DNA of 63,270 nt, filler included, from Choristocarpus tenellus KU-1152 (GCA_964200185.2; 12 parts of 12 records of this genome joined end to end with filler, not necessarily neighbours in it); one strand, 5' to 3'; shown: positions 1-12,273, counted from the first letter of the whole stretch. Notes: generated by a model from the sequence alone, not told the origin. A program made the numbers and translations.

Positions 1-1299
1 GTTTTGTGAGATCGACTTTTTTGGAACTTCACCCAAGTCCCATTCACACCCTTAGCCCGCATGGCCATGCTAATGCTAATGCTGATGCTAAGCCCAATCT
101 CTAATGATTGCGGTGTCTCCATCTCTCCCCTGTTTCAGATTGCTGTCATGGTGCCTTGTGATTATGAATAATCCTCTTGTCTACACCTTCTCGACTTGGG
201 GAAGCTATTCGCAGTTGGAGGCTGGAAGTGGAATATATGTGACAAGTTTTCTGGAAAGGTTCATTCAATACGAAATAAGGTTTTAGGTGGCATGTGTGGA
301 ATATATATTTTTTACGTCGGTGGATCCTTGACTAGATCTCTGGAATAGCTCATACAATACGGTAAGTATCGAGGATTATGGATGGAACTATGTTCCTTAC
401 GCACCTTACATGATCTTTCTTCTTATTATATTGGGTCTTGTATTCTAATGTTGTATTGTACTTCGAAGCATGTGTTGCCTTAGCCAGCATTGAGCCCGAT
501 TTGTGCCAAGAAGCATGGTAGCAGTATTAGTAGTAGTTGCGTAACTCATTTCAAGCCCAGACTCAACATTCGACGATCAGAGGTGAAGGAGTTTGAAGAT
601 CTGGACAACATTTGAAGTGGCATCGAATCTCTGCAATGGATCGAAGCTGTCATTTTTGTGTCTAGTTGGTATTGTTTGCGGCGAGATACCCAAGCAGGAC
701 TACACGTGGGAATGTATGTTGTGTGCGCGTGAATTATTTTCTATGAGTTCTATGGAGAGAAAGATATGCAGCTTTTTGCTACTAGGTTTTTGTATGTGTA
801 CGAGGAAGGTGTATTGCCTCCTTTTAGTGCAGGGTGGATTGTGTTTTCACTTGTGGTAGAATATGTATGTATTGAAAAGGTTTTGAATTGTAGCAAGGAC
901 AATAATTAAGAAAAAAATATTATTGACAAACTTAAGAAAAATTGGCGAGATCTGTTTGATGGCCGCAACCAACTACAGCTACGCCACGACTACAACACAC
1001 TACACAAAGGAGTTTTCGTACGTATGTCGAAGACACTCTTCCGATGATTGAAATGACTTGTGTTCCTAGATAGTGCTGCTGCTACAATACAGACACCACT
1101 GGTGGAGTAATGGATTAAAGGTTAAGCCAGATATATGTTTCCGTATATGTCAGTTAAACTCTATACAACGTTCATGTATGGTATGGACCTGATATTGGAT
1201 CATCAGTTGATGTATCACATATGGCACGTATTACAAGTAGATATGATTCTTTCCTGATTGTCCATGTGGACGTTGCAAATCCCACATGATAGTGTTCAC

Positions 1300-3050
1300 T
1301 GGTCTTACCCACATATGCAGTCAGCGGAATCGAGACCAGAAGGCCCTTGTAATATTAATTTTGTTCATCCACATTACGCTATTCTTTGTCCTTCTTTAAA
1401 GCATCATAAAAGCCGCGGATCCAGTGTAGGATAGTTCAACAGCTTGCCCAGAGACAAGGGTTTGTAAGGGTGATGAAGTGCACCTCCTGGTACTTACCTG
1501 TGCTGTTGCCACTCCTGCAATCTATTGTTGTAGCACTAACTGGAATCCAGGACTATTGCATCGATGATTATTGATTGCGCAGTATGCATGTGGATGTCAT
1601 GATACATGACAAGAAAAGACTCAGCCGGCTAAATCAGTTCAATATAGGCAGGTTGAGACGGGCCCTTGTGCATTTAACCGCGCGGTTCCATATACCATGT
1701 GCAATGCACCGAATTTTGTTGCTTCATCTGCAACAATAGAGTACACAAAATGGCTATTCTCTCTTTCAAGCACAAAATAACACCACAATTCAGGGATGGC
1801 CACTTGTAGATTCGAACAGAATAACGTATTTTTGCCACTTCTCGAGATCTTGTAATTGTTAACCTTTCCTGCCTTTCGAATTATTTCACTTCATATGTCA
1901 ACCCGATTCAGAACAATATCCGCGATGTGCTTTGCACTCGCTAAAAAGTACTGGTATGACCATGAGTGTAATGCTTATCCTGGAACCAGAAATAGGAATA
2001 TAGACAGTATTTATTTATTTTTTATGGACAGAGTGTATACCCGAACCGAATATTGAACCAGCTTGGAGCGTCCAAGACTTCGTTGAGGGCACTACTGTCC
2101 AAAAACCTGGAGTGTGTCGTACCACTCCATCTGAGTACTAACACCTGCTTCAACTTAGAGGTTTGTCACCAGGTAGTGGTTCTCGCAGAATTAAAAAAAC
2201 TCCTCAGTGTGCAGAGAAGGTTGCAAGTACACATATCACGACGGCGTCATCTGTATACTCATTGTGTGACAAAATTTTGCTGACGCCGAGGTCTTTATAT
2301 CCCTCTCCACCAAGGTGTACTGACTTCCAAGTTTTCACAATCTCTCCACCACCCTGTTACAATAGTCGAGCATCAATCACAATGTACACAAACACACCTG
2401 ACTCAATCAAGTGCTGCCATCGTTGCTGAGAACATTCAACATCTTCTTGTGTCGAACCTTCAACATGACGTCCCTGCGACTCCATCTACTACTCACAACA
2501 TGGGTTGTTGGTCTGATATTTTGAATAGCTTCGTGCAGGAAAGACTCGCGAAAGCTCACCATTTCCATAATGTTGTAGGGAAAGTTTGGTGATCGGGTAG
2601 TCATCATCCAAACAATCCAGCCTGGCAATTTCAATAACTTGTTCCAATATCTGATGTCCCATCATAGCCATCTGAACCACCTAGTCCAACAACGTAGTAA
2701 AGGTGGTTTGGGCGTCGGAACCCCTAGGCATCTTGATCTTCATAACCGCTTTCCGCAACCTAGCAATTTCCTCAACTAACTAAGTGAATAAGAAAATCCT
2801 CCTTAGTTGCCTCCATGCCTTTGATGGTGACGCTGCATTGAAGACAATGCACCTGTAGAAGCTGCTTGTGCTCCTTATCAGAAAGTCGCATGCCTTCTTA
2901 GCCTTAACCACCTCATCTTCACTCACATCGTCCCCCTTTGATGAAGATTATGTCGCCTACTATAAGAGAGGGTCCTCCCTATGCTCCAATGCTTTGTCGA
3001 TGTCACCTTTCGCTCCCAAGAAGGCACCGATTGTAGCGAACCAGCCATAA
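1300..3050 (-). mobile_element. Decayed Ty1/Copia LTR retrotransposon (gag, protease and integrase relic)
   Basis: Minus frame 3050-2500 reads ...IVFNAASPSKAWRQLRRIF..EEIARLRKAVMKIKMPRGSDAQTTF..MAMMGHQILEQVIEIARLDCLDDDY, typical of Copia gag (UBN2/Retrotran_gag_2), with several in-frame stops. It is followed by LIESGVFVYIVIDARLL (degenerate DSGA protease) near 2360-2410 and by SWSYQYFLAS...QQNSV (integrase-like) near 1710-1970. This is the Copia domain order. Confidence 0.75.
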
Positions 3051-3053
3051 AAA

Positions 3054-3306
3054 GAGCCAAAATATCTTAGAGCGTAGAGCCGCGTCCAACTGGGACCCAA
3101 AATCCAATGTTGCGTTTTCGATGTAATTTTGGCTATCGTGTTAGTCAGGATGTGTCAATGCCCATGTTCCAGACACACATTTTCATAATGTATACATTTT
3201 ACCTACTCTGAAATATTTTGGAGTAGGTTGTACAAATACCCATGAGAAACCAAGCCCCAAATGGACAAACAGGGCAAAACTCGTACCCTATAAGATATTT
3301 TCACTC
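3054..3306 (+). mobile_element. MITE-like family A, complete copy
   Basis: 23-bp imperfect TIR (GAGCCAAAATATCTTAGAGCGTA ... TACCCTATAAGATATTTTCACTC, 19/23) flanked by AAA on both sides. Three homologous copies occur elsewhere in the window. Confidence 0.8.
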
Positions 3307-3751
3307 AAACTGTCATGAGATAATTGGAGGAGTTTGGTGTGCACACCTTCTAAGGCCATTTTTGATGTTTCCAACTCAAGCCGCTCCAGCTCTAGCTGCG
3401 TGTCCTCTATCTAGAGTATGTTTGATAAAAGGCGTTTAAGCGTGTTGAATAATTGTACAAACTCTGGTACGACAGGATCCGGTGCCAGGGGTGAGATCTG
3501 TGCAAAATAGGACAATAGTGAGGTGTACCTTATTTTGTGTATATGAGATTGTTGTATTGAATTGAGTCCATGTGATGTAACTAATAAAATAATACGTCCA
3601 GATTATGTATGGAATTATGTATTGGTATTTATTCTGCATTCAACTAACTTTGACATGACCGTTGACTCAGATAGGAAGCACAAATAAATAATAAACAAGC
3701 AATTAGAAGACACCATACACAAAGGTCACTCTTCTAAATTTCAACCATCCA

Positions 3752-3851
3752 NNNNNNNNNNNNNNNNNNNNNNNNNNNNNNNNNNNNNNNNNNNNTTAAT
3801 TAATTAANNNNNNNNNNNNNNNNNNNNNNNNNNNNNNNNNNNNNNNNNNNN
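3752..3851. other. Artificial contig spacer (first of 11)
   Basis: 44 N + TTAATTAATTAA + 44 N. Identical spacers at 8029-8128, 11533-11632, 19023-19122, 23469-23568, 28372-28471, 31051-31150, 36284-36383, 43352-43451, 47982-48081 and 59713-59812. Confidence 0.98.
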
Positions 3852-3923
3852 ACCACCCACACCCCCACACGACCAAAGCCAGAGAAAAAAAAAAAAAAAA
3901 AAAAGAAAAAAAAGGGGGGGGGG

Positions 3924-3971
<48 letters not shown>

Positions 3972-4368
3972 TAAATGAATGATGGTATGGGACACAACTT
4001 GGGCCAATCATGGGAGGAAGGGAACCAAGTTGCAAGGGGAAACTGGGGGCAGGATGGCAATCCATTGATGAATCAAGTGGCAGTCTTTCTGCAGGAGACA
4101 TGCATGTTCTTGGCATGCTGCACAGTTCACAGTTCATAGAACATGACATGTGTGTTTGTCATGCAAAGTTGAGCACTGACAGTGTGGGGGGACTTGACCA
4201 CAGTAAGATAAGTCTACTGCAGGACTCTATTATAATTCATGTGCACTGAACATACACACACACCCTGACAAGAAGTAAGAGCTATACCACAAAAGCCATA
4301 AGCACCTCTACAACACCACCATCCACAAGAAATGTACCTCCTCCCTAAACCCTAACCCTAACCCTTAC

Positions 4369-4477
4369 CAATTTCGTGAGCATGTGTGGAGATGACCACA
4401 ATGAAGCCAGATGTGAATCCAGCCATGATATAACCATCACCGAACCATCTGTACGACAGGATGCTACCGTATCTCGC
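4369..4477 (-). CDS. WDR19: IFT144/WDR19 internal exon (third seen)
   Basis: AAG|ARYGSILSYRWFGDGYIMAGFTSGFIVVISTHAHEI(G)|GTAAGG. Matches the conserved WDR19 segment following the ELAFQ motif, and the phase fits the upstream exon. Confidence 0.92.
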
Positions 4478-5408
4478 CTTCCATGGTGTGATTTTTTTTT
4501 GTCAAAACAGAGCAGAAAGGGTCAACACACCACTCTGAAAAAGTACTTAACATACTGACTTGACGACAAAAAGACTATCAACAACAAAACTTGTGTGGAG
4601 TTCATTCGAAGAAAACTCTTCCACTAGACCTAACAGAGTGTGAGAGAGTGACCAGACTAGGAAATGGGCCTGGTACTGACCCCATTCAATGCTACAATCC
4701 AGCAAGCACAGCTTTCATTTCTGCATAAAAAAATGCATGTCCCTTCCAGCCATCAAGATAGAAACAGTGTTCTGAAAGGTGTCAAGTCAATGAATGAATG
4801 CTCAATGCCCCCACAAAAAAGGGGGTGTACAGCATTTTGTTCTGTGTTGGTTCATATTAGCATATTCAAATTTTGAGGGTGGGATGCAGCCAATGATGGG
4901 GATCAGAGGGGTGAGGTTAGGGATTGGGGTGTACCAGTGCTCTATTGCTGTCAAATGAGATCACACAGTGGAAGGAGGGTATGACAGCTGCAATTACCCA
5001 TCACTGATCATACACGTACTGCTTTAAATTTAAAACTAAGTGCAAATTCTGCGCTGAGTAGTAACTAGCAGCAGGTACATTTTGAAGAGAGACTATCACC
5101 CATCAACAAACAGCAAGAAGGACACGCACACTCAACTAAACACAATAAAGCCTGCCAAAGGAACTAACACAAGCACCAACCAGAAAGACTATACAGAAAG
5201 ACTAAGACTAAGACTAAGACTAACCCTAACCCTATACATGTATCCACCAACAAAATAAAAAACAAGCAAACGATCGATGACCCTTACCCATCCACCAACA
5301 GGTGCACACAACCTAATTGAAGTTAACCAGTTAACCAGTTAACCCTAACACTCATCTCTGACCCTCACCTCGAACCTAAGCTATTCTCATATCAAGTGAT
5401 GGACACAC

Positions 5409-5558
5409 CTGGAAGGCCAGCTCTAAGGCATTGTCCTGGTCGTGAAGGTTGTAGAGCAAGATGGTCCTCCCTTCCATATTCACGCTGACAATGCTCTCCC
5501 CCCCCTGATCCTTGTTTCCCCCAAAGGCCACATCAAGTGGCCTGCACTTGACCTTTAC
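5409..5558 (-). CDS. WDR19: IFT144/WDR19 internal exon (second seen)
   Basis: CAG|VKVKCRPLDVAFGGNKDQGGESIVSVNMEGRTILLYNLHDQDNALELAFQ|GTGTGT. 150 bp, phase 0-0. Confidence 0.9.
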
Positions 5559-6650
5559 CTGACACAACACAACAAGCACAACGCGTGAGAAAGCTCTTGA
5601 GATCACATCGCCCCGTGTGTATGCATATGTATACTCTTGAGTACTTAAACTATCACACTGAAAGTAATAAAACAAGCTAATGGTTCCAACAACGCCTTCT
5701 CCAAAAAGTCGTTTCTTTCACACCACGCTTGACCGATACCTCACGTCATAATCGTCTCACCCCTCCTGCATGACTTGCCTTACATACAATTAAATACAAT
5801 TTCATACAATTACATACAATTATTAAAATGAACGTCATACTGCCATACCCTAGTCCACGTTGCAGCCAACGTTAGGACCGTTGGGAATTAGGGTCAGTTT
5901 CTCAAGGATAGTGCCTGGTGGTTTGCTATTGCAGCACTTCGGCCAATACCAGTATATTTTCAGTACATTTTCAGTATATTTTCAGTATTCTGACTAGGGT
6001 CTACTCCAAAGAGTACGTTCGCAGTATTCTTGTGCCTGTAGAACAATAAACATAGATTATTATTCTACCTACTTGCATACTAGTACACATCATGCTTTTC
6101 AAAGCAAACACCCTGGAGTACATTTCTATACATCTCCATGACCAAACAACCTCGATGCCACTCACGGCACTGACAGTTACATTCCCATTCCTCGGAGGGC
6201 TGCCACCAAAAAAAGCACAAAAACAAAATTATCCCCCAGAACAACACTCTTCAAAAGGCATACAACCTAACCCGCATGCATGTTTTATCATTCCGTCCTA
6301 TCCCGTCCTATCCCATCAATCGGTGCGCCTCGAATGGACCACAAACACAAAAATAAAATAAAAAACACCTCACTTTCAAGAACACCAACAGTAATTTGGG
6401 CTATAAGAGCCAGAAAGAAAAAAAAAAACAAGCCAAGCGAGAGAGAAACCTATCCAAAAAAAAAACATAATTCCTTTTTTTATTTTTCCTACTCTCCGCC
6501 ATCTACTACATCCACTACACATCTACTACAAACGACTTCAGAAGAGAATCTCTTCCCACGGCATCAATAGGACCTACGCTCAGCCACTCTCCTTTGTTAA
6601 AAAGGACATCGAGCGCCTGCAACTCTTTCCACGTCCATACTAATACATAC

Positions 6651-6782
6651 CTGGTCGTGAATCTGACCCAGCTCCGATGTAACAGAGATCTGCTTGTCCT
6701 CACTAGCGTAAGCAAGTCGATTCCCAGAGCTCCACGCCCCACAGTTTATTCGTCTCTTGTGTTTCCCTGCTGCCCACAACTG
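6651..6782 (-). CDS. WDR19: IFT144/WDR19 internal exon (first seen)
   Basis: QLWAAGKHKRRINCGAWSSGNRLAYASEDKQISVTSELGQIHDQ|GTATGT matches the WDR19 WD repeat GKHxKRIxCGxW. The acceptor is a CAGCAG tandem, so the start is 6782 or 6779. Confidence 0.92.
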
Positions 6783-6970
6783 CTGGGTGGGGATGTGTGT
6801 GCAACACACATGCGTGCAGAGGGAAGGGTCACATTTCTGATTGAAAAAAAAAATGGAACATTACATTTGTCACACCAGCGCCTTGAGGAGGAGGAGGACC
6901 TCCACCTGAAAGTGCTCTCGACAAGAGCTGACAAATCGTGTCGTGGATGAGGAGTTTACACACGGTAGCC

Positions 6971-7066
6971 CCAGCTATATAGGTGTACTCTAGGTATATA
7001 GGTGTACTCCAGGTATATAGGTGTACTCCAGGTATATAGGTGTACTCCAGCTATATAGGTGTACTC
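6971..7066. repeat. 19-bp minisatellite, 5 copies
   Basis: Unit CCAGGTATATAGGTGTACT, head to tail. Confidence 0.95.
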
Positions 7067-7935
7067 ATTGCCCCTTGGTTGTATTGCCAGACGTGCTTGG
7101 GTCATAACAAAAGAGAGGTTGAGGCTTTGCCACACATACACAGCAGGTGTTGGCATTCTTTTGGGTCTTCAGTCTTACTAGAGATAATCGATTTGACCCT
7201 GCAAGACCAATGAGGGAAGGGCCCTTGTACCCTGCAGGAGTAGGCCAACTGAGGTTCACAGTGTCTAGAGCAGTCAATTGTGGATGCCAATTTTCGCTTC
7301 CAACAACAACAAAAGAAAATAGCCTCGTGTTTCTGGGCTGCTCTACAGCACTCTTTGTACAGGCAAAAGGTTTATTTAGCACCAACGAACGAGTTTCCCC
7401 CACCACCCTTCAAACAACAGAACTACAACATTGCAGCAAACCCTAAAATAGCTGTGATCCTTGGCTTACTGTTAAGGTGCCACATTGTGCCATGTGTGTT
7501 TCGTACCAAGGGAATTGTACAAGGAGTGCCAATTTACCCCCTTTGTCTTCCTTAAGGTTGTGACTTCTTGAAGTTTGTAACAGATGCGATACAGTGGCGT
7601 GTGTGTGCAGGTGACAAAAAGGTGACAAAAAGATGGAATCGGGAAGGGGAGAGCTCTTGGCGGAATATGCAGTCATTCCAGTGTGATTACTCAACAAATC
7701 CATTCCCTGCTTGATTGCGGGTGGGTGGGGGGGTAGGCAGGTGTAGGGAAGGATAGGAAACAATTGTCCAAACAAGCAAACTTTGCATCATGGTGTCTCT
7801 GTGATGATTTGTTGAGATGAAATTATCAAACATTCTCAGCCTTTATCAACTTCTTGGGGGTGGTTGTTCTCATCACCTCATTTCTCCTAACTTAGACACC
7901 TTCCAAAATACTTGACACCTCGCCTACTACTCCTA

Positions 7936-7973
<38 letters not shown>

Positions 7974-9242
7974 ACCTCCCTCCTCCTCCCCCTCTCCTCT
8001 CCATACCTATAGACCATGTCACAGAAAANNNNNNNNNNNNNNNNNNNNNNNNNNNNNNNNNNNNNNNNNNNNTTAATTAATTAANNNNNNNNNNNNNNNN
8101 NNNNNNNNNNNNNNNNNNNNNNNNNNNNCAGAGGAAGGAGAAGTCTTTTTCTTTCAATGTTAAAAATGTCCCTCATTCCCTTGTCCCTTGTAGCACCCCC
8201 CCCCCCGCGTGCAATCGCTTCGAAGGCGGTATACAGGAACAGTCTGCATCAATGGTGACACCACCACCACGGTTTGGTGGTGCTTAATTGATCAACACGC
8301 ATCCCTCAGTCATACATCAGAGACCAGGTTGCATCCATTGCAGGCACCTCGGGTTCACACATCCACCACCTCCAACTGTGAACAAAGTGATTGCCCCATT
8401 AGCAATCATGCGTACTGGCAGTAACCACTTGCTTCTGCCTCAACAGCCCGTAAGTCAAACAACAGCAACTCACATAAACTATCTAGTAGTGTAACCTTGG
8501 TGTGCATGGTACTTATGGGGGTGGCGGACAACCACGACCGTTTCACCAACCTATATACCTAATAGACTGGCTTCTCATGGTAACATCCTCAACCAATAGG
8601 AACATAAAACCCCAAGCTATTCATACGACCAGTCAACGTAAATGACAGTTACATCTATTTCAGTCAATAGACTTCCGGTGTATTCATCGCATAATCCCAG
8701 TACTAAAGTGGCATGATGTGTGACGTATGATATATGATGCTACAGACCCTAGTTCGGTTGATCCTTAATGATCTCAATAATCCCACGCACACCATCTACT
8801 CCAAGGTATGTATCACTGTGTTTTGCATGCCACCTACATGGCACTGCATTACAAAAAATGCGATAAATCCGTAACATGCACCTTGTCCCGTACCCCTCAA
8901 GACAAAAACATAGAGGATCAACAACGCCTTGCACCCTACTACGGAACCCCTCTCCGCAACACACATCAATACATAAAAGACCACCAAGGGCTAACACCGC
9001 TACAGTGAACATATATTTTCTTAATCCAGGATGTACGGTCTCGTCACAAACATCTATGGGGAGGGAGAGGGTCACAAACTGGGAGAGGGGGTAACACACA
9101 CAAGTACATACCAAAAAAAGGTATGTACCCTGGAACAGCATGAAGTAACCCCTTGTCATTACTCCTTGTGTTTGGTGGAGTGTGAAGAGCTGTGGGATGT
9201 CTGAGTCCAACGAGTGAAAATGGTGGACGGAGGCAGTGCTCT

Positions 9243-9521
9243 TAGTCCTAATGTAGTGTGATAGTCAGTTACATACAGTAGTTATTTATAGTCCTAATGT
9301 AGTGTGATAGTCAGTTACATACAGTAGTTATTAATAGTCCTAATGTAGTGTGACAGTCAGTTACATACAGTAGTTATTAATAGTCCTAATGTAGTGTGAT
9401 AGTCAATTACATACAGTAGTCATTAATAGTCCTAATGTAGTGTGACAGTCAGTTACATACAGTAGTTATTAATAGTCCTAATGTAGTGTGATAGTCAATT
9501 ACATACAGCAGTCATTAATAG
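9243..9521. repeat. 46-bp minisatellite, 6 copies
   Basis: Unit TAGTCCTAATGTAGTGTGATAGTCAGTTACATACAGTAGTTATTAA, with no unique spacers. Confidence 0.95.
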
Positions 9522-9536
9522 TATGAGAAGCAGTGC

Positions 9537-9815
9537 AGGGAGTTTACCCCTGTTTGTCAGTTTGGTGCTTGGCTTCGCATGGTTTTTTTAAGCCCTTTTT
9601 TTTCTGTTTTGTGTGAACACAGTTACATAGACACAGTTACATAGTCAGAAATGTTTCGGAGTTGGTAACAAATGTACACAAGTGTGAAAGGTGTGTCTGG
9701 AACAAGGAAATGGGCGCTTCCTAACAATCACGATAGTCAAAATTCATTCAAAATCGCAACATTGGATTTACGACCTGAACGGAAACGGCCCTACCCTCTT
9801 ATATGCTTTTTGACC
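9537..9815 (-). mobile_element. MITE-like family A, diverged copy
   Basis: Shares CCCTGTTTGTC..TTGGCTTC, GGTGTGTCTGGAACAAGGA and AAATCGCAACATTGGATTT..CTACCCTC with the other copies. One end is eroded. Confidence 0.7.
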
Positions 9816-11106
9816 TAGTACGTCTGAATACGGGTTGGGATAGAACCAAAGACTAAAATGAATGAAGTGAAAATAGCCCCCCACTCCCAATATATATCCC
9901 ATCTTGATACATGCCCCCATGTATGTACGAAATGTACGTACCAAAAGTATGTACTAATGTAAAACAGTAGATGCTAAATTTCTTGGTAAGGTTCCTCTCT
10001 ATACCCCAGATGCAAAAAAAACTCGTGTTATTTCCTTCAACAAGTTAGCACCAGATGATACAGTCGTCCTCCTAAACAACCTTTGTGAAGGCGATCTAAT
10101 ACACATATATACTAAGGGAGGAATCTCAATAGCACCTCGGCCCACCAGCCCAGCATATCCACCTTGAAAGCACATGGCTTGGATTGTCAATGCTGCATGA
10201 CCGGCAAGGCCAACAATCTTAAGCAGGTGCACCTTCACAATCCCCTGATGAAGTGGTAAAACTCCTCCCTAATGACCTGATGAATACCCTTCCTCGGGTA
10301 CAGGGATTTCACAGTAAGGGAGCTGTGAATCAGTGCCTACTGCAGATTGTGTATATTGCATCTAAAGTAGCAGCATCTATGCACGCCATGTACATTAAGC
10401 CAGAGAGGTTGGTGAGAGTAGCTGCCTCACACCAACACCACTGCCTCTCACTCTGAGAGTCACCCCCCCACAAGTACGAAGTAGTCAACTTGAGAGAAAA
10501 AAAAAGAAAGATATAAAAAACGTATCTCTCCATCTACTGTATGAGAGGGGCCTTTTACGTCCATAGTGGTGGTTTTCAGTACCTTGACCCATCCCTTGAA
10601 TCTAACCTTCAACAAAGCGCTTCACTTAGTGAAGCTGGTCATAACCAAAGGGACAGGATGTGTGTGTGTCTGTGTGTGTGTGTGTGTGCTCAGGGATGAT
10701 TTACATCTAGGGGACTTTCGTCACCTCTTGACAGCTATGCAGAGAAACCTACCAATCTTCCCTTTTATGAAATCAGTTCAGGCATAAGAATACAGCCCTG
10801 GGAAGGACATTGCCCATTCACATCCAAGTATTCTTTACCGCTTAGTGAACTCAACTTGAGCCACAACTAACAGAAACGCACAACTCTCAACCATTCCACA
10901 AAATCTCTTGACTGTTACAAAGAAATAACTTCACGACCTTTGTCTCCCTCACACACACACCAGACCACGAAGGCGGTGTCCACTTAGGTTTTGGAAAAGA
11001 CTACAGCATCCGTAATACTTTAACCCATGCCTGGAGCCAAGCCAAGGAGAATTGGAATCCCCCAAGCAGTCAAGATCTGTGCCAATATCGCCACACCAAC
11101 GCTTAC

Positions 11107-11367
11107 CTCTGCCTCAAAGGCATAGCAAACCCCAGCTCCAGGATCACAGAGTCCGAAATGAGGTCCACCAGCAGCTATCGCCGCCGTCTCTCCACCTCCC
11201 TTTCCCAGTGCTGTTGGTCCTGACCATGGTGTAAGCTGCACAATGCGGTTGGTACGCATGAGTACACTCCTGTCATGATCGGTCTCTCTCCCTTCATAAT
11301 CCCGCCATAACGACGGCTCTTCCGGTGGACAGCTCAAGCTCATTCCTTGATGGTCCTGTGCCGTGAC
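11107..11367 (-). CDS. Internal exon of an unidentified protein (possibly PH-like)
   Basis: CAACAG acceptor, GTAAGC donor, 261 bp open in phase 0-0, ending FGLCDPGAGVCYAFEAE. A probable upstream exon ends at 11476 (GAA|GTCAGT). Confidence 0.55.
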
Positions 11368-11632
11368 CTGTTGGTAGAATAGGGGCACGTACAGCATGGC
11401 GTTGGCACAACCTGCGCAACTGAGGGTAGGTTGATTGTTTGAGATTGGGGTGCAGGGGGCGGGCGGGTTACTGACTTCAGCTAGAAAGACTGGTCCACTG
11501 TGGCCAACCCCCCCACCCACCCCCCCCCCCACNNNNNNNNNNNNNNNNNNNNNNNNNNNNNNNNNNNNNNNNNNNNTTAATTAATTAANNNNNNNNNNNN
11601 NNNNNNNNNNNNNNNNNNNNNNNNNNNNNNNN

Positions 11633-11717
11633 GATGACCATCCCAACATAGGCATACACATGGAAGATCATGAAGATAACCCCAGCCTGGGCAAATAGAT
11701 TGGGCATGACGGTATAC
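11633..11717 (-). CDS. Exon of a voltage-gated-type cation channel (S4-S5 linker and S5, possibly two-pore channel), cut by the gap
   Basis: TTCCAG|G then YTVMPNLFAQAGVIFMIFHVYAYVGMVI, which resembles the Ion_trans S5 pattern P....L...F..YA.IGM.IF. Confidence 0.6.
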
Positions 11718-12273
11718 CTGGAAGTGCACGCATTAAAAGGGATGGATTCTTTAGATGCATTATTTAGATGGATTATTTAGAACTAGTGTTAGTCTTCGAA
11801 TACGACCTCTTCTTATCAGTGTGCCGCTCAAATTACACCATGTGCTCATCAGATAGTGAGAAAAGATGAGACCTTTGGACCCACTGGTTCCAATTCTGTA
11901 AAATACAGGCAGTGACAAAAAGCAATAAAAAAAATCGCTACTGAAAAATAAAGAAAAACGTGATTTGATTTGGAACACTAAGGAAACCTTTAGGAACGAA
12001 GGTGTGCACTTCAATACTACTGTTCCTTCAACATGAACCAGACTATAAACTGTACCTTACCTCTTACTCCCCATGGTCAAACGCTTTAAACTGTACTTGG
12101 ACCGTAGTTGAACCGCTAGTTGTGTTCTATTGTACATTGTTTGAAAAAAAGCACCAAGGACAGAGTCAAAACCTCTCTCCTCATACGCATTACCAAACCA
12201 CCTTGTGAAATTGCCAGGGGCACTGTCTCCTCAACATTTACAAAAACACGGAGCTTCTTTCTTTTTTCAAGCA

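Noticed and set aside
139-760. Exon-like block at 139-361 and a possible Copia RNase H tail at 480-760
   Set aside because: There are stops in all frames and the motifs are too degenerate to support a call.
1680-1760. CACTA transposase motif (SVHCTWYME)
   Set aside because: It is better explained as degenerate Copia integrase (QQN), given the upstream gag and protease.
3796-4149. Poly-Pro/Phe ORFs here, other ORFs crossing N runs, and the poly-Ile ORFs at 15805-16143
   Set aside because: They are products of homopolymers, microsatellites and spacers.
9243-9521. CRISPR-like appearance of the 46-bp array, and of the 31-bp array at 47661-47981
   Set aside because: Units are head to tail with no unique spacers, there are no cas genes, and the context is eukaryotic.
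9999-10238. RhoGAP-like wording (IPPLVYMCI..LFRR)
   Set aside because: The motif spacing is too short and I could not place convincing splice sites.
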